A stretch of 32,000 bases of DNA from Microcystis aeruginosa NIES-2549 (lineage in GTDB: Bacteria > Cyanobacteriota > Cyanobacteriia > Cyanobacteriales > Microcystaceae), in the NCBI RefSeq assembly GCF_000981785.2, contig NZ_CP011304.1, positions 1,800,001 to 1,832,000 of the forward strand, read 5' to 3'. The notes beneath the pieces are model-generated. The model saw only the letters and a program-made list of their open reading frames with translations, was not told the origin of the DNA and made no database searches. This document shows positions 1-7,599 of this stretch, one piece after another (the first letter of the stretch is position 1; each line of letters starts with the position of its first letter). The position numbers and the translations under genes are program-made.

Positions 1-1091
1 AGGAAAAACTGACTCAAATTGCTCAAGCGGAGCAAAATCTGGCAGCACTCAGAAGAACCTTAAATTTACAAAGAGAAGAGAAACTGACTCAAGTTGCCCA
101 AGCCAAACAACAGTTAGAGGATAGCAACACCGCTTATAATTTAGCAGAATTGCGCTTACAAAAAGCCTTGAGGGAAGTCGAACGTTACCAGAATCTTTTC
201 CATAATGGGGTGATAGCGGAAGTTCGGGTCGTTGAACAGGAAAATATCGCCGATGAAAGACAAAGTATTTGGAAGCAAAGTCAAGCAGATATTGAGCAAG
301 CCAGACTGCGATTAGAAGAGCAGAAAAGCAGTTATGAGAGAATTGTTAATCAAGGGAAGGCGGATATTGAGCAAGCGGAGTTACGATTAATCGAACAAAA
401 GAGGATTTATCAGAGAATTGTTAATCAAGGGGAAGCGGACATTGAGCAAGCGAAGTTGCGTTTAGCCGAGCAAGAGAATAGTGTTCAAACCCTTACTCAT
501 GCGGGGGAAATTGCTCTGTCTAAAATTCAAGAACAGCTAAAAAGTTTGGATAGCCAAATCAGTAGTCTTAAATCTGAGGTGACGCAAACAAAGAAAGAAA
601 TTGATTCTTTGAAGTTTGAGTTAGAGAAACGGATTGTTAGAGCCCAAGAAGGAGGCACTATTTTTAGTTTGCCGATTACTGGGGTGGGAGATGTGGTACA
701 ACAAGGAGGAATGATTGTAGAAATAGCGCCCCAAAAAGCGGATATTTTATTGAAAGCAGAAATGGCCACTACACAAAGTGGTTCATTACAGAAAGGAATG
801 GCGGTTAAGATGAAGTTTGATGCTTATCCTTTTCAGGACTATGGGGTAGTTGATGGAAGTTTAATTAAAATTTCCCCAACCACCAAAATGCAAGAAACAT
901 CTCAGGGACGAGTAGCAATTTATGAACTAGAAATTGAGTTAAATAAAACTTGTATTCCTAGTGGAAATGACTGTATTCCATTACGTCCGGGAGATACGGC
1001 TACGGCTGAGGTGGTGGTGCGTCAGCGTCGCGTTATTGATTTTATTCTTGACCCATTCAAGAAGTTACAAAAAGGAGGTTTAGAATTTTAG
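1..1091 (+). CDS. HlyD-family membrane-fusion/periplasmic adaptor protein, 5' end cut by the window edge
   Basis: The frame of the listed ORF 150..1091 stays open back to nt 3 (EKLTQIAQAEQNL...), so the gene starts upstream of the window. A long coiled coil is followed by a beta-rich C-terminus (GGMIVEIAP, LRPGDTATAEVVV), as in type I secretion adaptors. Confidence 0.8.
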   Translation, partial: EKLTQIAQAEQNLAALRRTLNLQREEKLTQVAQAKQQLEDSNTAYNLAELRLQKALREVERYQNLFHNGVIAEVRVVEQENIADERQSIWKQSQADIEQARLRLEEQKSSYERIVNQGKADIEQAELRLIEQKRIYQRIVNQGEADIEQAKLRLAEQENSVQTLTHAGEIALSKIQEQLKSLDSQISSLKSEVTQTKKEIDSLKFELEKRIVRAQEGGTIFSLPITGVGDVVQQGGMIVEIAPQKADILLKAEMATTQSGSLQKGMAVKMKFDAYPFQDYGVVDGSLIKISPTTKMQETSQGRVAIYELEIELNKTCIPSGNDCIPLRPGDTATAEVVVRQRRVIDFILDPFKKLQKGGLEF

Positions 1092-1170
1092 AAAGCTTTT
1101 GTTCGAGGGCCTGTCATTCCCGCGAATTGCGGGAATCCATAAAAATGTTTTGATTACCCGGAGAAAGATT

Positions 1171-1908
1171 ATGTCACAATCTGTTGCCATTACTGCTGAA
1201 GATATTCTGAAACAAGTTAAGCTATCTCTTCAAATTCCCGATATAATCGAGTCTATTATTAGTCGTCAGATTATTACTGATGCAGCTACGGAAGCCGGGA
1301 TAACTGTGGATAATGAGGAACTTCAGCAAGCGGCGGATACTCTTAGACTTCTTCAGAAACTTCGTGGCGTACAAGAAACTTTTGCTTGGCTAGAGAAACA
1401 CCATTTGTCTGTTGATGATTTAGAAGAAATTGCCTACATCACCGTTATTTCCGAAAAGTTGATGACTCATCTATTTGCCGAGAAAGTTGAGCCTTACTTT
1501 TATGAAAATCAATTAGATTATACTGGGGTAGTGATGTATGAAGTGGTGTTAGACGATGAAGATTTAGCGATGGAATTGTTTTATTCTATTCAGGAAGAGG
1601 AAATGAGTTTCTATGATGTAGCTCACCAATATATTCAGGATGTAGAATTGCGTCGCCAAGGAGGATATCGGGGAATATTGTCTCGTAAGGATTTGAAACC
1701 AGAGATTTCTGCGGCTGTTTTTGCGACGACACCACCAGAAGTTCTTAAACCGATTGTGACTTCTAAGGGAGTGCATTTGATTTTGGTGGAGGAGATCCTT
1801 CAGTCCGAGTTAGATAATAAGTTACGCTGTCAAATTGTTTCAGAGTTGTTTGGCGAGTGGGTTATCAATCAAATTGAGTCAGTGTCAGTTGTCACCAATT
1901 TGGGATGA
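1171..1908 (+). CDS. PpiC/parvulin-type peptidyl-prolyl cis-trans isomerase (SurA-like N-terminal region)
   Basis: ATG at 1171 is preceded by GGAGAAAG. The C-terminal parvulin signature is GGYRGILSRKDLKPEISAAVF...VLKPIVTSKGVHLILVEEI. The gene follows the HlyD gene by 80 nt. Confidence 0.75.
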   Translation: MSQSVAITAEDILKQVKLSLQIPDIIESIISRQIITDAATEAGITVDNEELQQAADTLRLLQKLRGVQETFAWLEKHHLSVDDLEEIAYITVISEKLMTHLFAEKVEPYFYENQLDYTGVVMYEVVLDDEDLAMELFYSIQEEEMSFYDVAHQYIQDVELRRQGGYRGILSRKDLKPEISAAVFATTPPEVLKPIVTSKGVHLILVEEILQSELDNKLRCQIVSELFGEWVINQIESVSVVTNLG

Positions 1909-1924
1909 ATAGCACTAACACGAA

Positions 1925-1958
1925 TATCATCCAGTCAGGTCAACCTAACTGGATGATA
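1925..1958. terminator. Hairpin between the convergent PPIase and peptide genes
   Basis: 11-bp perfect inverted repeat TATCATCCAGT / ACTGGATGATA with a 12-nt loop, located between the stop at 1908 (+) and the stop at 2012 (-). Confidence 0.5.
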
Positions 1959-2011
1959 GAGATATTTTAGTAAAAACTGGGCTAGTTTCTTAACAAGAAC
2001 CTGGAGTTTTT

Positions 2012-2197
2012 CTAATCCCAACAAATAGAGATAGAGCGCCATCTGGTTGTTTTATTTTGCCAACAAATAGTGATAGAACCACCGCCACCTAATGTATCAA
2101 GCATTTCCGAATCGGTCAAGTCAGTAAGGTAACTCTCAGAATCGGAGAACAAATCTGCACCAGCAGGACGTAAATCAGAAATAGTAATGTTAGCCAT
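2012..2197 (-). CDS. Double-glycine-leader (bacteriocin/RiPP-type) precursor peptide, 61 aa
   Basis: Translation MANITISDLRPAGADLFSDSESYLTDLTDSEMLDTLGG|GGSITICWQNKTTRWRSISICWD. It has an acidic leader with L(-15), L(-12), E(-8), M(-7) and GG(-2,-1), and a Ser/Thr/Cys/Trp-rich core. GAGGA lies 9 nt upstream of the ATG. HlyD and PPIase genes are adjacent. Confidence 0.8.
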   Translation of the reverse strand: MANITISDLRPAGADLFSDSESYLTDLTDSEMLDTLGGGGSITICWQNKTTRWRSISICWD

Positions 2198-2328
2198 TTT
2201 CGGTTCCTCTTGGAATAAGTTTTACTTTGAGGTAATCAGATTAATTATGCTCTTCCTTTCCCTATGATTATTATTGTTGCCTAACTCTCAAATAATGACA
2301 ATAGCTTGAGCAACTTTAAGGTTCATCT

Positions 2329-2347
2329 AACTAGCACAATTATGTCT
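2329..2347. promoter_or_regulatory. Conserved motif copy 1 (AACTAGCACAATTATGTCT), upstream of the peptide gene
   Basis: Perfect 19-nt repeat of 2439..2457. The core ACACAATTATGT is a 10/12 palindrome. The minus strand reads AGACATAATTGTG, containing a CATAAT -10-like hexamer. Confidence 0.4.
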
Positions 2348-2438
2348 CAAATTCACCGACCAAAACACCGTAATTTCATGTAGATTATGACCGCAAATTC
2401 CCATGATTTCGTATCACCGAGCTTTGTTTTTGAGACAG

Positions 2439-2457
2439 AACTAGCACAATTATGTCT
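2439..2457. promoter_or_regulatory. Conserved motif copy 2 (AACTAGCACAATTATGTCT)
   Basis: Identical to copy 1 and exactly 110 nt away. The flanking sequence is unrelated. Confidence 0.4.
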
Positions 2458-2568
2458 TTTTTATATCTCTCTCCCCTGGGTTCGGGTGGTGGCGGGTCAA
2501 AAAAATAGCCCTATGCCCTAATGAGACTAAACTTTAGCGATGGGCCGATCGCTACTTTATTTTAAGAT

Positions 2569-2581
2569 AGGCGATAAGCCT
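2569..2581. repeat. 13-nt direct repeat AGGCGATAAGCCT (left copy)
   Basis: Exact copy at 3260..3272. The two copies bracket the two small ORFs at 2642..3254. Confidence 0.6.
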
Positions 2582-2641
2582 GACGGCATAGCGACCCTTA
2601 CCGCTTTTTGTTATAGTAAGATGGCTAGTTAAACAAATCAC

Positions 2642-3004
2642 ATGAGTGGTATTAACAGAGAAATATATCTAGAAAACCGAACCAGTCTGATTGACAAACA
2701 TTTACCCGAAACCGAAAAATCCCAAAGAGAACTGGAAATCGAAGGAATCGTCTATTTGTTTAACAATCGCCAGACAATGGAGAGAGTGGCAGAGGAAATT
2801 AAGCAAAGAGGAGAGAGAACGGGAGCAGCAGATTCAGAAGACAAATACGAACGCTATGGATTATTTTTTGCCGAACCAATTGGGTATATCCTAAAATTAG
2901 ATGGAACGAGAATCCCTCTCCACTATGGAGAAATAAAAATAAAAAAAAGCACAGGAAAATATCATGTCATACCTCGTACCAGACCGCGCACCACAAAATC
3001 CTGA
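2642..3004 (+). CDS. Hypothetical protein, 120 aa
   Basis: ORF with charged, non-repetitive composition. It overlaps the next ORF by 41 nt and contains an A8 run at 2941-2948. No family recognised. Confidence 0.45.
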   Translation: MSGINREIYLENRTSLIDKHLPETEKSQRELEIEGIVYLFNNRQTMERVAEEIKQRGERTGAADSEDKYERYGLFFAEPIGYILKLDGTRIPLHYGEIKIKKSTGKYHVIPRTRPRTTKS

Positions 3005-3254
3005 AAACGCAAAAACGCAAATTACGCCAACAGAAAAAACACAATGGGAATTTGCCGAAATCTGGGTAGATCCTTGGCTTTCACCCCCCTATATTCTGAT
3101 GTTAGTTAAAGAACAATCCGGTAAATTCTCGATTCAAAATCCCGCACAAAACTATCAATCTATCTTTACCAGCGATACTTACGAAGAAAGTCTTATGTGG
3201 TTACTGGAAGATGAATATGAGCGAGTCACAGGTCGCTTTTGCCAACCAGAGTAA
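2964..3254 (+). CDS. Hypothetical protein, 96 aa
   Basis: ORF in the +1 frame relative to 2642..3004. Its frame is open from 2943, immediately inside the A8 run. No family recognised. Confidence 0.45.
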   Translation: MSYLVPDRAPQNPENAKTQITPTEKTQWEFAEIWVDPWLSPPYILMLVKEQSGKFSIQNPAQNYQSIFTSDTYEESLMWLLEDEYERVTGRFCQPE

Positions 3255-3259
3255 AAGCA

Positions 3260-3272
3260 AGGCGATAAGCCT
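3260..3272. repeat. 13-nt direct repeat AGGCGATAAGCCT (right copy)
   Basis: Exact match to 2569..2581. Confidence 0.6.
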
Positions 3273-3286
3273 ATTTTACCCGAAAA

Positions 3287-3392
3287 AGAAACCCGGTTTC
3301 TGAGTCTCCGAGTTCTGCGCCAAGAAAGAAACCGGGGTTTTTTCTATGCTTTACCCAGAATAACTCAGGAAAATAGTAAAAACCCGGTTTCT
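3287..3392. repeat. Cluster of three near-palindromic 15-mers (AGAAACCCGGTTTCT type)
   Basis: AGAAACCCGGTTTCT at 3287-3301, a variant AGAAACCGGGGTTTTTT at 3327-3343, and AAAAACCCGGTTTCT at 3378-3392. All lie just downstream of the 3' end of the HopA1-like gene. Confidence 0.7.
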
Positions 3393-3407
3393 GATTTTCT
3401 CTTAGCA

Positions 3408-4511
3408 TCAGCTTGCCAACTCTAATCCCTGATAAACATCCTCAGAATCAGCATTCAAATAAGGACGCTGCCAATCAATCCCCAACCCAGAAAACTGCTC
3501 AGAAATAGCAGCAATCCGACCCGCCGCAGAATTGTCCTCCTGTTGCCAAGCCATCAACAACCCATTGGCTATAATCTGACAGCGATTCATCCCAAAACTT
3601 TCCTCACTGCCAAACTTTTTGTCCGGTTCCTCCGCTAACCCCAATCCCGGTGCTAACTCCAGAGTAAATAAAGGTATTTCAGGCTTAAAAACAGACTGAT
3701 TCTGCTGATAAACATTAGCCACAACCTGCCTGACCAACTCATAATCTGTTTTGCCAAAATAAAGCACCCCAGCATCATACCGTTGATAATCAACCGGATT
3801 ATACAAAGCCTTAAAACTAAAAGGAATGCCCCTCTCATTTAACCTTTCAGTCAACCCAGCCATCACAGCCACCGCACCTTCAGGAGTAACATTAAAATAG
3901 AGCCGCACCATCGCTTCCTCTCTCTGTAAACCGGCATTACCCACCGCCATATAAAAGCCATTTTGCACCAAATTCTTAGGCATCAAAATTGACACAACAT
4001 CCCCCACAGCCGCCGCTTTTTCAGACTCTTGAAGATGCTTGTCCCGTTGGATATGCAGTCGCAAACCGCCCTTAGTCACAGCCAAACTGCCATCGGTTTC
4101 CTCTCTCAAAATTGACCAACCTGAATCAAAATATCCCTCCCCCTTGTTCGCTGCTTCCAACTGTAAATAAAAGTCCATAGCTACGCCAGCAAAACTATTA
4201 TTCTCCAAATCTAATTGCTGACCCTTATTCTCAGAACCTAATGCTTGCGATGCCTGCATTGACCCATTATAATAAATGCCATAAAGAAAACTCCGCAACT
4301 GTAAGCTCATATATTTATCCTGTATTTCCTTCGGTAAAGCCTGAATCCTAGACAACATCTCAGCAGGCAGTTCCCAGGGTTGATAATCAGGATGACGAAT
4401 CGAAAAATTAGCGGAAATTTCGACATTTTCAACAATATCTAACAAAACTTCCTTTAACCGACCTCTAACCTCAGGGGCTAAATGATGGAATTGAGAATTA
4501 AGTAATGACAT
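3408..4511 (-). CDS. HopA1-effector-family-like protein, 367 aa; candidate phospho-Ser/Thr lyase (LanX/TvaD-like)
   Basis: Long ORF 24 nt downstream of the kinase gene on the same strand. The segments VRLYFNV...GIPFSFKALYNPVDYQRYDAGVLYF match my recollection of proteins annotated 'T3SS effector HopA1 family'. This is recalled, not searched. Confidence 0.55.
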   Translation of the reverse strand: MSLLNSQFHHLAPEVRGRLKEVLLDIVENVEISANFSIRHPDYQPWELPAEMLSRIQALPKEIQDKYMSLQLRSFLYGIYYNGSMQASQALGSENKGQQLDLENNSFAGVAMDFYLQLEAANKGEGYFDSGWSILREETDGSLAVTKGGLRLHIQRDKHLQESEKAAAVGDVVSILMPKNLVQNGFYMAVGNAGLQREEAMVRLYFNVTPEGAVAVMAGLTERLNERGIPFSFKALYNPVDYQRYDAGVLYFGKTDYELVRQVVANVYQQNQSVFKPEIPLFTLELAPGLGLAEEPDKKFGSEESFGMNRCQIIANGLLMAWQQEDNSAAGRIAAISEQFSGLGIDWQRPYLNADSEDVYQGLELAS

Positions 4512-4535
4512 AATTTTTCAAGATACTCAACGATA

Positions 4536-5705
4536 TTAAACTTTGCCAACAACAGAAGAATTAATCTGATTTAACTGAGTAGCAGTAGCGCCAAAAATCG
4601 TGGGCATTGACGATTCAGGACGAGATAACAAAGCCTTGGCTACCTGAAGCATAGCAATCCCCGTATTATTAAAGGTTTTTTGATACTGAATCATTGCCAA
4701 AATCCCAATAATTAAAGAAAAACCAGCCAACTGTACCACTTGCTTTAAGAAATCAGGACGATATTCTAAGATTTCTGGGAAAGTTTCTAAATAAGCTAAA
4801 GTTAACCCACCGATAGATGGCTGCAGCAATTCTAGGGGAGTAGTGGCTAGTCGCAGAGACTCTTCAATACTGAGAGAATTACTAATCACCAAGCTACCCA
4901 ACCAAATTTGTAGATAACTAGCGATTGCCATTCCCAAATCAAATGCTGGATCTCCCCAATCAGACCTTTCCCAATCAATCAACCGGATCGCATTTCCATT
5001 AATATCTTCCCAGTTTCGATTCAGAAGAATATTATTCAGCTTGATGTCATTGTGAGTCAGACAAATAGGAGAAATAGTTTCACTGGCTCGATGAACTGCT
5101 TCTCCTAAGCTATCATATCGTTGATAAAGTGCAAAAAATTTCAATCCATCCATCGGAGCCATACCAAAAATTTCAGGACCGATCCTTTCCAAACTCTCTA
5201 ATAATAGCGGAGATACTTTCGGTTTTCCAGCAAACTCTTCTTTGACAAAAAATTCCCGATAAATACTCTGATTCCAGGTATCACGGTGAATTGTCGCCAA
5301 ACAACTGCCGATTTGAGTAGCAACCTGAGCCGGAAAGAGATTCTCTTTAGAATAAAACTCTGCTAAATCCTGATAATTATCCAGATAAGTAGAAACTAAA
5401 ATTGAGTTATCAGCATCGTGGAGCAGTAATTCTGGCAGAAAACTACGCCAATGGTCAATTTCAGGAAAGTTCTCTAGAAATTTGGGGATTCGCCATTCCC
5501 CAAAAAACTCACCCACCGTTTCCTTTTCTAAATTAATAAATTGTTCTTGTTTAACCAGTAACTTTCGCCCCTCTGGTAAAGTCACTAATAAGTTAAAATT
5601 TTTAGCCTGAATCTGCTCTACTCCCGGATTTTCTTGTGAGCGATCGCAGATTTTTTGGTCGATTAAATAGTCATAAACATTTTGAGAACTTAACACAAAT
5701 TTCAT
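4536..5705 (-). CDS. APH-fold (aminoglycoside-phosphotransferase-like) kinase, about 389 aa
   Basis: Brenner/catalytic-loop motif LTHNDIKLNNILL and the Mg-binding region IDWERSDWGDPAFDLG. I prefer the ATG at 5705 (MKFVLSS...) over the TTG at 5723 in the track. Confidence 0.8.
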   Translation of the reverse strand: MKFVLSSQNVYDYLIDQKICDRSQENPGVEQIQAKNFNLLVTLPEGRKLLVKQEQFINLEKETVGEFFGEWRIPKFLENFPEIDHWRSFLPELLLHDADNSILVSTYLDNYQDLAEFYSKENLFPAQVATQIGSCLATIHRDTWNQSIYREFFVKEEFAGKPKVSPLLLESLERIGPEIFGMAPMDGLKFFALYQRYDSLGEAVHRASETISPICLTHNDIKLNNILLNRNWEDINGNAIRLIDWERSDWGDPAFDLGMAIASYLQIWLGSLVISNSLSIEESLRLATTPLELLQPSIGGLTLAYLETFPEILEYRPDFLKQVVQLAGFSLIIGILAMIQYQKTFNNTGIAMLQVAKALLSRPESSMPTIFGATATQLNQINSSVVGKV

Positions 5706-5810
5706 AATTACAATTATTCTCAAATATCGCTGATCTGTTTTTATTGATTTTAATTATAATTGATGATAGCCTTATTGCCAAGCTATTCATCTGCATTAAA
5801 AAAACATAAT

Positions 5811-5826
5811 TAACACAATTATGTCT
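5811..5826. promoter_or_regulatory. Conserved motif copy 3 (TAACACAATTATGTCT), upstream of the kinase/HopA1-like operon
   Basis: 15/17 identity with copies 1 and 2, in the same orientation relative to the downstream minus-strand gene. It lies about 105-120 nt upstream of the ATG at 5705. Confidence 0.4.
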
Positions 5827-5901
5827 AAACTTCAACTAATCGCGCCAGTCAACCTACCTGTTAGATTGGTTTAGGGCTAATTGCGATCGCTCCATAGACA
5901 A

Positions 5902-5916
5902 AGAAACCGGGTTTCT
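5902..5916. repeat. 15-mer AGAAACCGGGTTTCT, exact reverse complement of 3287..3301
   Basis: Direct comparison of the two 15-mers. Together they bracket the kinase/HopA1-like cassette. Confidence 0.7.
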
Positions 5917-5965
5917 CCACAGGGACAAGGCGGCTTTTGCTGCCTTTCATAAATTCGGTAAGTAT

Positions 5966-6364
5966 GTGGTACAGTTTCGTTATGATTGGTTTTTAAAAGT
6001 CCCTTTTGCCGATCGATTATTTATGGCGAGATTTTTGCATCGATCGATCCCAAAATCAGAAAGAATTGCTTTTTTAGAAGATTTTTTAGCGGCAGATTAC
6101 GAGGCCGCCCTAGGCACAATTTATACATCTGTGAGTAAAAAAGCAGTGGAAATTATGCCGGGTAAATTTGCCGAGATTAAAATACCAACTCTTTTAGTAT
6201 CAGGGGAAAAAGACATTATTATCCCTGCCAAAATGGGTAAAATGGCGGCGGATTTGAATAATAATATCCAGTATGTGGAGATGGCTAATACCGCTCACTT
6301 TCCCATGTTAGAAGATGCCCCTACTTATCTACAAAAATTGCGAGATTTTTTAGAAATTAATTAG
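5966..6364 (+). pseudogene. C-terminal remnant of an alpha/beta-fold hydrolase (nucleophile-elbow half missing)
   Basis: The 132 aa include the Asp region (LLVSGEKDIIIP) and the catalytic His region (NTAHFPMLE), but no GxSxG half exists upstream. The frame stays open upstream into the 15-mer repeat at 5902-5916. Confidence 0.6.
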
Positions 6365-6376
6365 AATGCCAAAAGG

Positions 6377-7327
6377 TCAGGAAAAACGCCCCAAGGCCAC
6401 ACCAATCAGGATAGTAACCCCGAAAAAGAGACGATACCAGACAAAAACCCAGGTACTCTGTTTTTTGAGATAATCTAATAACCAAGCGATCGAAAGATAG
6501 GAAAATAGCGCCGAGGAAATTACCCCAATAGCGAGGGGAATTAATTCACTGGTGTTAATCTGGTCGAGAACTCCTTTAAATTCCACTAAACCGGCTAAAG
6601 TTATCGCCGGAATCCCCAGCAGAAAGGAAAATCGCGCTGCTACGGCCCTTTCTAAACCCATGAATAACCCGGCAGTTAAGGTGGACCCAGAACGAGATAC
6701 CCCCGGTATTAGGGCTAAAGCTTGGGCTAATCCCATTAAAACCCCATCTTTTTGTCGCAAAGTCTCGAAACTGCGTTTATGTTTCCCGATTTTTTCGGCC
6801 GTACCTAAGAGTAAAGACATGACTATAGAGGCACAGGCGATCGCAGTCATGCTTCTCAGGGGGGAATTATCTAAATCGGGAATGAAAAGTTTCATTAACA
6901 AACCGAAGAAAACGATCGGAATTGTGCCTAGGATAATCCCCAGGGCTAAACGAAAATCCTGGGAACGATAATCGGAACTAGCCACCGCTTTCACCATTCC
7001 CGTGGATATTTGCCTTAAATCCTGCCAAAAATAGGACAATACCGCCGCAATACTGCCCAATTGAATCACTGCCGTATAGGTGACACCGGGATCTCCCCAA
7101 CCCAAAAAGACGGGAATCGCTTTTAGATGAGCGGTACTACTAATCGGCAAAAATTCCGTCACTCCCTGCACAAATCCCAAAAAAATCGCCTGTAACCAGT
7201 TAATTTTTGCCAGAGGTATGGCGCTAGTGGTTGATTGGGCAATGGCGGCGGGTGTAATCGCCAAAATCACCGTTATTATCGCTAGTCCTAGCCATTTATA
7301 GCTTTTTTTCAGCAAGGGAAACATCAT
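6377..7327 (-). CDS. uppP: Undecaprenyl-diphosphate phosphatase (BacA/UppP)
   Basis: Polytopic membrane protein with the signature motifs EFLPISSTAHL and PGVSRSGSTL. Confidence 0.9.
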   Translation of the reverse strand: MMFPLLKKSYKWLGLAIITVILAITPAAIAQSTTSAIPLAKINWLQAIFLGFVQGVTEFLPISSTAHLKAIPVFLGWGDPGVTYTAVIQLGSIAAVLSYFWQDLRQISTGMVKAVASSDYRSQDFRLALGIILGTIPIVFFGLLMKLFIPDLDNSPLRSMTAIACASIVMSLLLGTAEKIGKHKRSFETLRQKDGVLMGLAQALALIPGVSRSGSTLTAGLFMGLERAVAARFSFLLGIPAITLAGLVEFKGVLDQINTSELIPLAIGVISSALFSYLSIAWLLDYLKKQSTWVFVWYRLFFGVTILIGVALGRFS

Positions 7328-7340
7328 TTTTCAGTAAAAA

Positions 7341-7458
7341 AAGGGGTTGGGTGTGGGGAGCTTTTTTCAGTTATCAGTAAACAGTAACCAGTAATCAGTG
7401 AAAAGACAACAGCAATTTCTCTTTTAGTAAACAATAAAAAGTAATCAGTGAAAAGAAG
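7341..7458. repeat. Composite dispersed repeat (G-rich heptamers + GGGAGCTTTTTTCAGT + CAGTAA(A/C)CAGTAATCAGTGAA units)
   Basis: It shares GGGAGCTTTTTTCAGT and CAGTAAACAGTAATCAGTGAA with 26626-26690. GTAATCAGTGAAAAGA occurs twice locally. Confidence 0.7.
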
Positions 7459-7516
7459 ACTCCGGACTTGCCACTTAATACTATTCACCGATGGCTAATT
7501 TAAGTATAAATACTTG

Positions 7517-7546
7517 TTGACAACTCATAGTCGTTATGAGTACACT
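7517..7546 (+). promoter_or_regulatory. Candidate sigma70-type promoter with an operator-like palindrome, upstream of the Prx-Grx gene
   Basis: TTGACA at 7517-7522 and TACACT at 7541-7546 (18-nt spacer). The inverted repeat ACTCATA-N5-TATGAGT (7523-7541) fills the spacer. ATGAGTAC recurs at 7567-7574. Confidence 0.4.
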
Positions 7547-7599
7547 TAATTTAGACAAACTCGAAATGAGTACGACTTAGCAATTAGGAGTTGACGATT

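Noticed and set aside
2342-5874. Mini-ORFs starting at the ATGTCT inside each copy of the conserved motif (13, 18 and 17 codons at 2342, 2452 and 5821)
   Set aside because: The three peptides share only Met-Ser and then diverge completely with different lengths. Conservation lies in the DNA upstream of and including the ATG, which favours a DNA-level signal over a coding function.
6552-6971. 139-aa ORF on the plus strand inside uppP
   Set aside because: It is entirely antisense to a confidently identified membrane-protein gene. Its basic, Pro/Arg/Lys-rich composition is typical of a shadow ORF.
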